Source: an uncultured delta proteobacterium (GTDB lineage: Bacteria > Desulfobacterota > Binatia > UBA9968). From it: DNA of 64,000 nucleotides. A program made the translations under genes and the position numbers. Under the pieces are notes generated by a model. It saw nothing but the letters and a program-made list of their open reading frames with translations. It did not search any database and had not been told where the DNA came from. The stretch is from the NCBI GenBank assembly GCA_963727625.1, contig CAVSHR010000009.1:96001-160000 (forward strand). Direction: 5' to 3'. The stretch's first letter is position 1, and every line of letters starts with the position of its first letter. Positions 8,942-18,002 of the stretch are shown one piece after another.

Positions 8942-10426
8942 CAGCCCGTGGTAGAAGTCCGATTTTTACAAAACGCATGGGATCGCGGCGAAGCGGTGAC
9001 TTGGGAGCGCAAATAGTCTCAGGTCGAGTCCTCGGCGCCGATGAGCGGTTAGTTGGTCGCGCAGTAGCACCCACAGAGTAAAACAGATAGCCAGTACGGC
9101 GGCAAAACGGCCCTGTAGACCGCGTGGCGTTCCAATTCCCGTCAACGTGCGCATCCACAGGCCCAGATTGCAGGCCGCTACGTGCACGAGTAGCCGTTTG
9201 AGAATATTGCCGTGCCCGCGCAGATGAGTCCGGCGCATGCCGCCGGTCTCGTAGAGATGCGCATTGGGTCGCTCTAACAACTCACCTCGTTGCCGCATCA
9301 ATAGCTGCCCACGCTCGCCTCGAATGCGCCGCCGATTGGCATACACCGCGTCACGCTCAGCCTGCTGACCCTTCCAGTGCTGCCGGCCGCGATCCGGTTC
9401 ACTGATGTAGGTGCGCAGTCCTAGGTTCTGCATATCGAGCACGGTTTGCTTACTGTGATAGCCCTTGTCGGTGACCACTTCCTTGCCTATCTTCACCTTG
9501 TCGTCGATGATCGCAGCCACCGCTTCTAATTGCTCGATTGCCTCAGGCAGCGTCGTCTGGATCGTGGTGGTGTCGCCTTGATCGGCTTCCTGCAGCGTGA
9601 CCGCCACGATGGCACCGGTCTCCAGGTCCACGGCATGCTCGGCTTTGTGCGCTAAATGGGTCCGTCCGTCCTTCATCTTGGCGATCCGTGCGTCGGGGTC
9701 ATGCGGATGTTCCCAGTCCTGGTTAGATCCTTTCTTCTTACGTTTGCGATCCAACTTCGCCAGATCGGCTCGCGTTGGGGTCTCAATGCCGGATTCTTCA
9801 GCCAGCTTGGTCAAAAACTCGTTATAGCTCTCCCCGGTGTCGCGGCGCACGATGCTGCGCAAGGCCGCGTTCGCTTCGAGCGTGGTAGCATCGATCGCCA
9901 GCGTTTTCCCTTTGATGAGTCCGGCGATGCCCAGACACTGAAGTACCCATGTGAACACCGTCCGATGGGTTTCCAAATCGATCAATCGCCGAGTCCGCGA
10001 TATCGTCGAATGATCCGGTGCACACTCGGTCAGCCCCAGCTCAAGGAACGATCGCACTCCCGAGGAGTCCGCCGCGCGCCACGCCATGGCGCGTTCAGAG
10101 TCCAGGCATTCGAAGTAGCCAAGTAATAGAAAACGGAAATATCGTCCAGGCGCCAGACTGGGCCGCCCCATCTTCTCGGCATAGAACGCCCGGCACTGCG
10201 CTTCGACAAACTCGTCGAACCCATGCTTGGCCAATAACCCGTTGAGCTTCTCGTAGAACGGGTGGCTCACAGACTTCGGCAGCTCGCTCACTCCCACCCA
10301 CATCGCTCTCTGCTCTTCGTGTTTTCGTTGTCCCATCGCCATGCAAAAAATTCTACACGATCTATCGTTCCTGTCGACTACTCTCCATCACTCTCCCACT
10401 TCATTCTCGACTTTCACCACGGGCTG
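8942..10426 (-). mobile_element. IS1182-like insertion sequence, 1485 bp
   Basis: 18-bp IRs with 16/18 match (CAGCCCGTGGTAGAAGTC / GACTTTCACCACGGGCTG); CTAG duplicated at 8938-8941 and 10427-10430. Confidence 0.88.
8966..10342 (-). CDS. DDE transposase (IS1182/IS5-like)
   Basis: GRPS, PDHSTISRTR, IDATTLEANA, TDKGY, LLERP motifs. Confidence 0.88.
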   Translation of the reverse strand: MAMGQRKHEEQRAMWVGVSELPKSVSHPFYEKLNGLLAKHGFDEFVEAQCRAFYAEKMGRPSLAPGRYFRFLLLGYFECLDSERAMAWRAADSSGVRSFLELGLTECAPDHSTISRTRRLIDLETHRTVFTWVLQCLGIAGLIKGKTLAIDATTLEANAALRSIVRRDTGESYNEFLTKLAEESGIETPTRADLAKLDRKRKKKGSNQDWEHPHDPDARIAKMKDGRTHLAHKAEHAVDLETGAIVAVTLQEADQGDTTTIQTTLPEAIEQLEAVAAIIDDKVKIGKEVVTDKGYHSKQTVLDMQNLGLRTYISEPDRGRQHWKGQQAERDAVYANRRRIRGERGQLLMRQRGELLERPNAHLYETGGMRRTHLRGHGNILKRLLVHVAACNLGLWMRTLTGIGTPRGLQGRFAAVLAICFTLWVLLRDQLTAHRRRGLDLRLFALPSHRFAAIPCVL

Positions 10427-10618
10427 CTAGCGGTACGAGGCATGCGCCTAGACTAGTCCATGCAGTTACAAAATTGCAATTATTGGACTTATCCCCTTTT
10501 CTCTCCCCGAACTAGATTCACACCGAGCCGCCAGCGTATCGGAAAGGGTGCGCAACTCTCGGCAGAGACTAATGTCGAAACTCTTTTGCGGGAATGTGAG
10601 GAAAGTCCATTAACACCC

Positions 10619-13600
10619 CTAGATTTCTGGATCTCTGGAAACAAACCGACCGTATCTGAGCGCTAAGGTCGGGAGCACCAACAGATTCAGAGCCGTCGAA
10701 GTCACCAATCCGCCAAGAATCACTATCGCCATCGGGCCTTCGATCTCACGGCCAGGGGCGCCGCTGCCGATAGCCAACGGAAGCAAACCCAGGCCGGTAA
10801 CAAGCGCGGTCATGAGAATCGGGGCGAGCCGTTCAGAGGCACCGCGTATGGCTGCATCTATTCCCCAAAGCATTTCCTCGGAGGTGATCAAATGTTCATA
10901 GTGGGAGAGTAGCATGATGGAATTGCGCAGGGTGATACCGAACAGAGTGACGAAGCCGACCATTGATCCGAGCGAGAGTATTCCACCGGAGGCAAATACG
11001 GCCAGCACGCCGCCCAGCAGGGCAAAAGGCAAGTTGATGAGGACCAGGAAGAGATTACGTATATTGCCCACGACAATCGACAACAGCAAAACAATCCCAA
11101 GTCCCGCCAGCAGCGAGTGAACCAACAAATCTCGTCTGGATTGCGCTTGAGCTTCACTTGTACCGGTGAAATCAAGATAAACACCGGGAGGCAAAGAGAC
11201 GGCGGAAAGGATCTGCCGTTTTGCCTGAGCGACAAAGGAACTCACGCTGCGGCCCGCCACATTGCAAGTCACGGTTTGTACTCTTCTGGCCCCCTCGTGT
11301 AGAAGCGCATACCGGCCTGACATTTCATACACGTCGGCCAGCTGTTGCAGGCGCACGTATGTTCCATCGGGGTTGCGAAGCGGCAAAGCCGCCACATCAG
11401 CTATGCTTTTGCGCATCTGTGGATCAAGGATCACCGTTACGTCGGAAACTCGATTCCCTTCGTAGGTTTGACCTACCACATCTCCCTCATAGGCCGCGCG
11501 CACCACTTCGAGGGCATCAACCGGGTCAATACCCCAGCGAGCCAGATCCGCCTTGCGAAGCCGAATTACGAGTTGTGGCGCTCCAGGCGGAGATTGGATC
11601 TGGATGTCGGCGGCCCCTGGTATTTGAGCCAGTAACTTCGCAACGGTCTGAGCCGTGTTGTCTAAAATATCGAGATCATCGCCGAAGATATTAATGACGA
11701 CCGCAGACGTATAACCGGAGAGCGTTTCCTCAACCCGCTCGGTCAAGAAGGTGTTTACGGCAAAGGCCACGCCGACGAACCGCATGAGTATTTTACGGAT
11801 CTCCGACTGCGCCAGCTCGGACTCCCTTTCTCCTCTTAGCGGTTTGAGATCAACCTCAAACTCGCTGTCCTGAGTCCCCAGGATGTCATCGCCTTTTTCC
11901 GCCCTCCCCACGCGCTGGGCAACGGAGCGAACGTAAGGGAGTTTGAGCATTTCACTCGTGAGACGCCGTCCAAGCCGCAGCGATTCCTCCAGCGAGGTGC
12001 CGGGAGCCGCCGACATATGAATAACGAAGTGCCCTTCGTTGAGCTCCGGCAAGAATTCCCCACCGAAGAAGGGAAGCGTTGCCAGTCCTAGGACCGTCAA
12101 AAGCGCTATAATGCCTATTACAAATCGCGACCGACGTTCTATCCGAAGAAGCAGAGCGGAATAGCGCGCTTTCAGCCACCGGACAAGCGGAGGCGCGTCT
12201 TCTTGCATGTTTCGACGACCTAGGACAACAAAGCACAGGGCAGGGGTGACGGTGAGAGCGACGAGCAGAGATGCCAAAATGGCAAAAATGTAGGCAAGGC
12301 CCAATGGGGCAAACAGCCGGCCGGCGAGACCCGACAGGGTTAGGATCGGGATGAAAACCAACACCACCGCAAACGTGGCGTAGACTACTGCGCTGCGCAC
12401 CTCGACCGAAGCGTCAAGAACCACGCGAAAAACCGGTCGCGGAGTCTCCATCTGACGATTCTCACGTAGACGCCTCAGAATATTTTCTACGTCGATGACC
12501 GCATCATCGACCACTTCGCCAATTGCGATGGCCAGCCCGCCGAGAGTCATCGTGTTGAGACTGACACCTAACTGTTGCAGGATCTCTACCGAAGCGAGCA
12601 ATGACAAGGGAATGGCCGTGCAAGAGATGGCCGCCGTGCGGAAGTTGAACAAAAACAGAAACAGGACAATCACGACCAGCAGAGCTCCGATAAGCAAGGA
12701 CGACCGTATATTACTGATGGCAGTGTCGATAAAATTAGCGGGCCGGAACAGGCCCGGATATAACGCAACGTCCTGAGCGATCAGCCCGGCGCGAAGTTCC
12801 TCTAGAGCTTGTTCAACGCGCTCCGATACTTGAAGAGTGTTTGAACCGTACTGCGCTGAAATCATCAGAATGACGCCGGGGCGACCCATAATGGCGGCGG
12901 CGCCGATCGGCGGCGCCGGAGCTTCGACGACCCGGGCGACATCACCCAATGTGATAGCAGCACCGTCGTGATACCCGAGAACCGTGCTTGCGAGCTGATT
13001 TGAGGTGAGCGATTGTCCTTCGCTCCGCAGGACGATGCGCTGGTTCTCGGTATCGATGACGCCTGCCCCCCGAATCCCGGTGGCCTTGCGCGCCGCGCGT
13101 AAGACATCCTCGATCGCGAGGTTGTACTGAATCAGCCGATCCGGTTGCATTTGGATCTGTAGCTGTTTCACGTCGCTGCCGAATACGGCCACTTTAGCGA
13201 CCCCCGGAACGGCTAGAAGGCGCTGCTTCACCGTCCAGTCGGCGAGGCTCCTGAGCTCCATAAGCGAACGTGTTTCGGAGGTCAGGCCTACCGCCAAGAC
13301 CACGCTAGTGGACGACGTTAAGGGCGTCATGACCGGCGCGTCTATCCCTCCCGGTAATTGCCCCGAAACAGAAGCCAAGCGCTCTGCCACCATCTGGCGG
13401 TCAAGATAAATGTCGCTATTCGGACGAAAGGTGACCGTTACGACAGACAGCCCCTGAATCGAGCCGGATCGTAGCGATTCGACCCCCACCACGCCATTGA
13501 CGGCGTTTTCGATCGGTCGAGTAATCAGCACCTCGACCTGCTCGGGTGACAGACCCGGAGCCTCGGTTTGAATCACCGCCTGAGGCGGAGCAAACTCGGG

Positions 13601-13717
13601 GAAGACATCGTAGGTAGCCCGCGAAAGTGTATATAGACCATAGCCCAACCATGCGCATGCCAAGGCCATAACGACACCACGGAAGCGAAGCGAGAAGCGC
13701 ACGATTGCGGCGAGCAC
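10619..13717 (-). CDS. CusA/CzcA-family heavy-metal RND permease
   Basis: DVFPEF, APGLSPEQVE, GEVVDDAVIDVENI, ERLAPILMTAL; 1032 aa. Confidence 0.93.
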   Translation of the reverse strand: MLAAIVRFSLRFRGVVMALACAWLGYGLYTLSRATYDVFPEFAPPQAVIQTEAPGLSPEQVEVLITRPIENAVNGVVGVESLRSGSIQGLSVVTVTFRPNSDIYLDRQMVAERLASVSGQLPGGIDAPVMTPLTSSTSVVLAVGLTSETRSLMELRSLADWTVKQRLLAVPGVAKVAVFGSDVKQLQIQMQPDRLIQYNLAIEDVLRAARKATGIRGAGVIDTENQRIVLRSEGQSLTSNQLASTVLGYHDGAAITLGDVARVVEAPAPPIGAAAIMGRPGVILMISAQYGSNTLQVSERVEQALEELRAGLIAQDVALYPGLFRPANFIDTAISNIRSSLLIGALLVVIVLFLFLFNFRTAAISCTAIPLSLLASVEILQQLGVSLNTMTLGGLAIAIGEVVDDAVIDVENILRRLRENRQMETPRPVFRVVLDASVEVRSAVVYATFAVVLVFIPILTLSGLAGRLFAPLGLAYIFAILASLLVALTVTPALCFVVLGRRNMQEDAPPLVRWLKARYSALLLRIERRSRFVIGIIALLTVLGLATLPFFGGEFLPELNEGHFVIHMSAAPGTSLEESLRLGRRLTSEMLKLPYVRSVAQRVGRAEKGDDILGTQDSEFEVDLKPLRGERESELAQSEIRKILMRFVGVAFAVNTFLTERVEETLSGYTSAVVINIFGDDLDILDNTAQTVAKLLAQIPGAADIQIQSPPGAPQLVIRLRKADLARWGIDPVDALEVVRAAYEGDVVGQTYEGNRVSDVTVILDPQMRKSIADVAALPLRNPDGTYVRLQQLADVYEMSGRYALLHEGARRVQTVTCNVAGRSVSSFVAQAKRQILSAVSLPPGVYLDFTGTSEAQAQSRRDLLVHSLLAGLGIVLLLSIVVGNIRNLFLVLINLPFALLGGVLAVFASGGILSLGSMVGFVTLFGITLRNSIMLLSHYEHLITSEEMLWGIDAAIRGASERLAPILMTALVTGLGLLPLAIGSGAPGREIEGPMAIVILGGLVTSTALNLLVLPTLALRYGRFVSRDPEI

Positions 13718-13732
13718 AGCGATTCTTTCCTC

Positions 13733-14779
13733 TCACTCGCCGACATGAATCTGCGATCGCAGTTCTTCCGAGAGAAGTAACTGCGCGCCGGTAGTCACGA
13801 TTTGATCATTAGGGGAGAGATCCGGTTTAACAACCCACCCCTGTTTAACCACAGCCTCGGTTGAAATCTCGCGCCGAACGAATCGGTCGGAGTCTTTCTT
13901 CACATAAACCCACCTCTTTCCCTGCCACCGGACAACGGCTGCGCGAGGCACGATGATGCCGGTCGTCGTCGAGCCGCTCGGCAAATAAGCAAGCACGTTC
14001 ATTCCGGGAAAAAGGCCTGTTGCCCGAGCTGGGGCAATATAGAAAAGGCTCATTCCTTGAATGCGTGGGTCCGTGCTCGGTGCGGGTGAGACTAAGCTAG
14101 CCGATGTAAGGTTTCCCTCTGGGCTCTGGACCCGCACGTTCCGCGGCGTGGAAGAGAGGGCTGAGCCCGGCGGAAGCGTAATCCGCAGTAAGACATCTTG
14201 TCTTTGCATCAAACGTTCAAATTCCTTGGAGTCGTTCAAAAGCCACTGTGCTAGGACGCTGCCCCATCGTTGTCGCACAGTGCTCTCTACGGCATTAAGG
14301 GCAATATCTGCAGCACGCGCGCTTGCGTCATCCGACCGCCAAGCGGCTTCCGCGGACTGGAAAACCTTGACGGAAATATTCCGGTTTTCCTGCAGGGCTT
14401 TTACGCGTTCATATTCTTTGCGCGAAGCCTCAAGCCTTGCTCGTGCCTTTTCCACCTCCGCATGGGCCGCGGCAACGCTGTTGCGAAGATCAACGAGGGG
14501 CTGAAGCTCTATGACCGTTCCGTAGCCTCTGAGCTCTTCCTGATAAGAGACGGCTTTGACTGGAGCGACCTCGATTCCACTCATTTTCTGGGTGGCTCGA
14601 TCTACATTGATGATGCTTTCACCCTTTTCTGTAGATACTCGCGGCGGCGCCTTGACGGGGCGCTCCCGCTCCCGTTCCATAGCCGCCTCTTTACGACTTT
14701 CGACAAAAGCCCAGATCAGAAGCGATCCAATGCCGAGAACAACGATGATCGCCAAAATTATTTTTAGCCTAGGCCTCAT
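13733..14779 (-). CDS. RND periplasmic adaptor (MFP)
   Basis: N-terminal TM anchor, coiled hairpin, PGM and VP-AAVV motifs; between TolC and RND genes. Confidence 0.88.
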   Translation of the reverse strand: MRPRLKIILAIIVVLGIGSLLIWAFVESRKEAAMERERERPVKAPPRVSTEKGESIINVDRATQKMSGIEVAPVKAVSYQEELRGYGTVIELQPLVDLRNSVAAAHAEVEKARARLEASRKEYERVKALQENRNISVKVFQSAEAAWRSDDASARAADIALNAVESTVRQRWGSVLAQWLLNDSKEFERLMQRQDVLLRITLPPGSALSSTPRNVRVQSPEGNLTSASLVSPAPSTDPRIQGMSLFYIAPARATGLFPGMNVLAYLPSGSTTTGIIVPRAAVVRWQGKRWVYVKKDSDRFVRREISTEAVVKQGWVVKPDLSPNDQIVTTGAQLLLSEELRSQIHVGE

Positions 14780-16200
14780 TGGTCTTTCCCCTCGCTCGGT
14801 CGAGGATCTTTCTCAATGATATTTGTGACCGCTTGCGTCGGGTTGAGCGGTTGATGCACCGCATCCTCAAGCGAGCCGATGGTCCGCTGAACTATGGTGA
14901 GGGTGTTGAAGCGGGAAAGTTCGGCGGCGGCGACCTCCAGATCAGCGCTGCGCAGGACCAGCCGATCCACTTGCCCGACGTCGAACTGCGCCTGTACGGA
15001 GTGCTGCTGATTTTTACGGGCGTCCACGAGTCGATCGGCCGTTTCCAGAGCTTGCCGTGCCGCGCGGTATCCGGCCAAAGCCCGGTCGATCGCGCCCATC
15101 ACTTGAGCTTGCAAGGCGATAAAGCGGGCTGCTGCTTCGTGGCGGCGCGCTTCCGCCTCCGCAATGGGTCCTTGATTTTGATTGAAGACCGGCAGCGTCA
15201 ACGATACGCCCAGTGACCATTTATTGTCACCTTGATCCCACGAATAACCCGGACCGAGATGAATGTCGGGATATTGTCTGGCTGTCTCCAGCTGTAAAGC
15301 CGATTGCCTGGCAGCGTAATCCGAAAGTGCGCTCAAAATATCAGGTCGGTTAAGTAACGCTCGACGTTGTACTCTTTCGGAAGGAAGGTCCACCGATGTC
15401 CGAGCAAAAAAGCCAAAAGAGAGATCGATTCCGTCAAGCGCGGCCACTGATAATCCGAGTGCATCGGCGAGCCGTACCCGCGCCTCGGCGCTTTGTTTTT
15501 GCGCATCGCGCAGAGAAAGCTGAGTGCGAGCAAGAGCGATACGCTCCTGGGTAAGATCAGGCTGGGATGCTTCGCCAAGCTCAAGCCGCTGTTCGAGAAG
15601 TTTAACAACCTCCTGTTGAACCGTTTCCTGTTTCAATAAAAAGGTTTCAGTCTGACGCGACGCGTAAAGCTCGACTAGGCGCGCTCGCAAACGGCTTCGC
15701 ACTTGCCACGCCACAGTGGAGATATTTAGACGGGCCGCTTCGAAAAGGTGCTTCGCTTGATCGATGCGATATCCTCGCTTACCAGCGGTTTCTATCGGGA
15801 TGTCGAGGGTCGGGGTCACGATCCAAGGCGAAATCCCACCTGTGGCGCTAAAGTTGTATTCGGGGAGGAAGCTAACATTCGGATTGGGATGTTCACCAGC
15901 GGTGATCACGATGGCCTCGGCAATGCCCCACTTGGCACGCACAACGTCCAGGTCCGGATGGTAATAAAATGCCGCGAGCCTGAGCATCTGAAAATCCCAG
16001 ATCTTAGGCGGCCAAGACGCTAATTCATGGCCAAGGTTGGTCCTGAGAAATTCTTTTAAACCCGCGGTATCGAGCGTGCGGGCTTTAAACTCTGCGGCTG
16101 TCTGAGTCGGAGCAAGTGGCCTCGGCCGGAATGTCGCACACCCGTCAAGGAGGGCGGCGATGGTTATAAACGCCAGAGTGCGACTAATCCGCTTCTCCAT
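14776..16200 (-). CDS. TolC-family outer membrane factor (lipoprotein)
   Basis: lipobox LLDGC, ETAGKR, YPDIHLG, LPVFNQNQGPI. Confidence 0.9.
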   Translation of the reverse strand: MEKRISRTLAFITIAALLDGCATFRPRPLAPTQTAAEFKARTLDTAGLKEFLRTNLGHELASWPPKIWDFQMLRLAAFYYHPDLDVVRAKWGIAEAIVITAGEHPNPNVSFLPEYNFSATGGISPWIVTPTLDIPIETAGKRGYRIDQAKHLFEAARLNISTVAWQVRSRLRARLVELYASRQTETFLLKQETVQQEVVKLLEQRLELGEASQPDLTQERIALARTQLSLRDAQKQSAEARVRLADALGLSVAALDGIDLSFGFFARTSVDLPSERVQRRALLNRPDILSALSDYAARQSALQLETARQYPDIHLGPGYSWDQGDNKWSLGVSLTLPVFNQNQGPIAEAEARRHEAAARFIALQAQVMGAIDRALAGYRAARQALETADRLVDARKNQQHSVQAQFDVGQVDRLVLRSADLEVAAAELSRFNTLTIVQRTIGSLEDAVHQPLNPTQAVTNIIEKDPRPSEGKDQ

Positions 16201-16498
16201 GAATATAAAACCTCCTCCAATATCCCCAACACTGAGCTAGGGACTCAGCTGTGCATTGCCACTGGTTGAGGGTCTCGCTGTGCATTAGAATTCCTTCGGG
16301 TTTTTAAACAAACTGATTGCTGTCCAAGCGAATTTTGGTGAGCAATAAGAATAGCCAAGGCTGAAAAATAGTCTAATCCCTGGAAACATCAATTCAATCG
16401 CAATATTAACGACTCATCTCGCCATTGCATCGCTTCGGCCCAGACATTTGCCGGAACGTCCCGTTAGGCGATAGTTTTTACTTTTCTGAGTACGTGCC

Positions 16499-16530
16499 TT
16501 GACTCTGTACCTAGGTACGGAGTGTACATT
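16499..16530 (+). promoter_or_regulatory. MerR-type promoter/operator
   Basis: TTGACT-20 bp-TACATT with dyad CTGTAC-CTAG-GTACGG in the long spacer. Confidence 0.85.
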
Positions 16531-16550
16531 ACCTTTTAGAGGGCAATGAA

Positions 16551-17027
16551 ATGCATGGCTTGACCATAGGGCAGCTCGCCAAAGAGAGCAACGTGCACGT
16601 TGAAACGATCCGTTATTACGAGCGCCGAGGATTAATTTCCAAGCCGCCGCGATCGGTCTCAAATTACAGGATGTATTCCTCCGAGAATCTACGCCGCTTA
16701 AAATTTATCAAGCATGCACAGGGACTCGGCTTCTCCCTAAAAGAAATTAAGGAGATTCTGTCTTTGCGTGCAATCCCGCGCGCTAGGTGTGCCGATGTTC
16801 AAAAATACACGACTCGCAAAATCGAAGAACTTCAAGAGAGAATTCATTCGCTAACACGCATGCGCAGAAGCCTAGAAAAGCTCCTGCGTGAGTGCTCCGG
16901 AGACCTGCCGGCGACAGAGTGTCCGATACTTGAGTCGATGGAATCTGAAAACCGAAAAAACCGATCAATTAAATTCAAACGAAAAGGAGCGGTTTATGAG
17001 CAAAAAAAGGGAAATCGAAATTTATAG
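16551..17027 (+). CDS. merR: MerR-family metal-responsive regulator
   Basis: TIGQLA...VETIRYYERRGL HTH; three-Cys pattern ARC...ECSGDLPATECPIL. Confidence 0.85.
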   Translation: MHGLTIGQLAKESNVHVETIRYYERRGLISKPPRSVSNYRMYSSENLRRLKFIKHAQGLGFSLKEIKEILSLRAIPRARCADVQKYTTRKIEELQERIHSLTRMRRSLEKLLRECSGDLPATECPILESMESENRKNRSIKFKRKGAVYEQKKGNRNL

Positions 17028-17265
17028 TGCGGGCTGCCCGGCATGTGAGGACGCGATCAAACTGGTAAACGGCATCGCCTGTGACTCTTGCGAGGTCACG
17101 GTACTCGATATGCAGGATCGGGCGGTAGCCCAGAGAGCGAAGACTCTTGGGATCCAAAGCATACCGGCAGTCGTGATCGATGGAAAGCTCGCCGCCTGCT
17201 GCAAAGGACGCGGTATCAGTGAATCCGCGCTGCGCAGCGAGGGGATCGGTCAACCGTTGCCTTAG
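16996..17265 (+). CDS. small thioredoxin-fold protein
   Basis: AGGAG RBS, ATG 16996; GCPAC, IPAVVIDGKL, CC pair. Confidence 0.8.
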   Translation: MSKKREIEIYSAGCPACEDAIKLVNGIACDSCEVTVLDMQDRAVAQRAKTLGIQSIPAVVIDGKLAACCKGRGISESALRSEGIGQPLP

Positions 17266-17278
17266 CATCTAGAAATTT

Positions 17279-17623
17279 ATGCAATTTGAAACCGTTAAGG
17301 CCGGTGTTATAGGCATGTCGGCCGCCATCGTGGCGTCTCTTTGTTGTCTATTGCCTTTGATTGTTGTGCTCCTGGGTTTTGGAAGCGGCGCTTTCATGAT
17401 GGTGACCATGCAATACCGCGCGTTATTCCTGCCCATGGGCGTGCTCGGCGTGTCGTTGGGTTATTATTTGTATTTTCAGAAAAGACGCCGATGTGCCAGC
17501 GCCGGCTGCACCTTCGTGGGCGGGACATTCAATTTGGTTCTTCTTTCCTTGGCCACAGTCATGGTCGCGCTGGCGCTTGGATTAGATTTTTTTCGCAATT
17601 ATCGTCTGAGATGTTGCAGATGA
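17279..17623 (+). CDS. merT: MerT-like membrane metal transporter
   Basis: ASLCCLLP in TM1, YR-LF, cytoplasmic C-x4-C loop, 3 TM; possible frameshift in the T-run near 17587-17593. Confidence 0.75.
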   Translation: MQFETVKAGVIGMSAAIVASLCCLLPLIVVLLGFGSGAFMMVTMQYRALFLPMGVLGVSLGYYLYFQKRRRCASAGCTFVGGTFNLVLLSLATVMVALALGLDFFRNYRLRCCR

Positions 17624-17648
17624 TCATGTAGGCCGGGAGGTCCTCGTT

Positions 17649-17972
17649 ATGAAAGAAAAGCGTATCCTGATCCGTCTTTTTCTTGTTCTTCTCCCTCTTT
17701 GTTGGCTAACCGTCTTTTCGCTGTACACTGAGCCGCTGCATGGGGCTGAACTTAATCAAGTCAACCTACAAATCGAAGGAATGACCTGAGGGGCATGTCC
17801 CGTCACCGTGCGGGCAGCCCTGGAAGGGCTAAAGGGAGTGAAAAAGGCACAAGTGAGTTTCGCCGAAAAAACCGCCACTGTTACCTATGATCCTCAGGCG
17901 ATTGATATCCCGGCAATGGTTCAGGCCGTGAAGAGGGCCGGATTTTTCGCGCGCACGAGCGCGACGAAATGA
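17649..17972 (+). CDS. merP: MerP-like periplasmic HMA protein with in-frame TGA (putative selenocysteine, GMT-U-GAC)
   Basis: GGGAGG RBS; signal peptide; LQIEGMT*GACPVTVRAALEGLKGVKKAQVSF...VTYDP; TGA at 17787-17789 is codon 47; hairpin follows. Confidence 0.8.
17790..17820 (+). promoter_or_regulatory. candidate bacterial SECIS hairpin
   Basis: GGGC-A-TG(T)CCCG-TCACCGTG-CGGGCA-GCCC directly 3' of the TGA. Confidence 0.5.
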
Positions 17973-18002
17973 CTCCTGAAAACGGATCCAGAGGAGGGAT
18001 AT

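Larger units (their letters stand above)
8277..10443 (-). pseudogene. RAYT-like Y1 transposase split at codons 5-6
   Basis: ATG CCT CGT ACC GCT AG (10443-10427) joins G GTT GCC (8937 down) to give MPRTARVAPGDVIFHVLNRGN; HWH HUH motif; RYVEQNP catalytic Tyr. Confidence 0.88.
8251..10502 (-). mobile_element. TIR-bounded HUH/Y1 (RAYT-like) element, interrupted by an IS
   Basis: perfect 21-bp inverted repeats AGAAAAGGGGATAAGTCCAAT (8251-8271) / ATTGGACTTATCCCCTTTTCT (10482-10502). Confidence 0.8.

Noticed and set aside
16341-16358. sigma54 promoter for the RND operon (TTGGCTATTCTTATTGCT on minus strand)
   Set aside because: GG to GC spacing is 11, not the required 10
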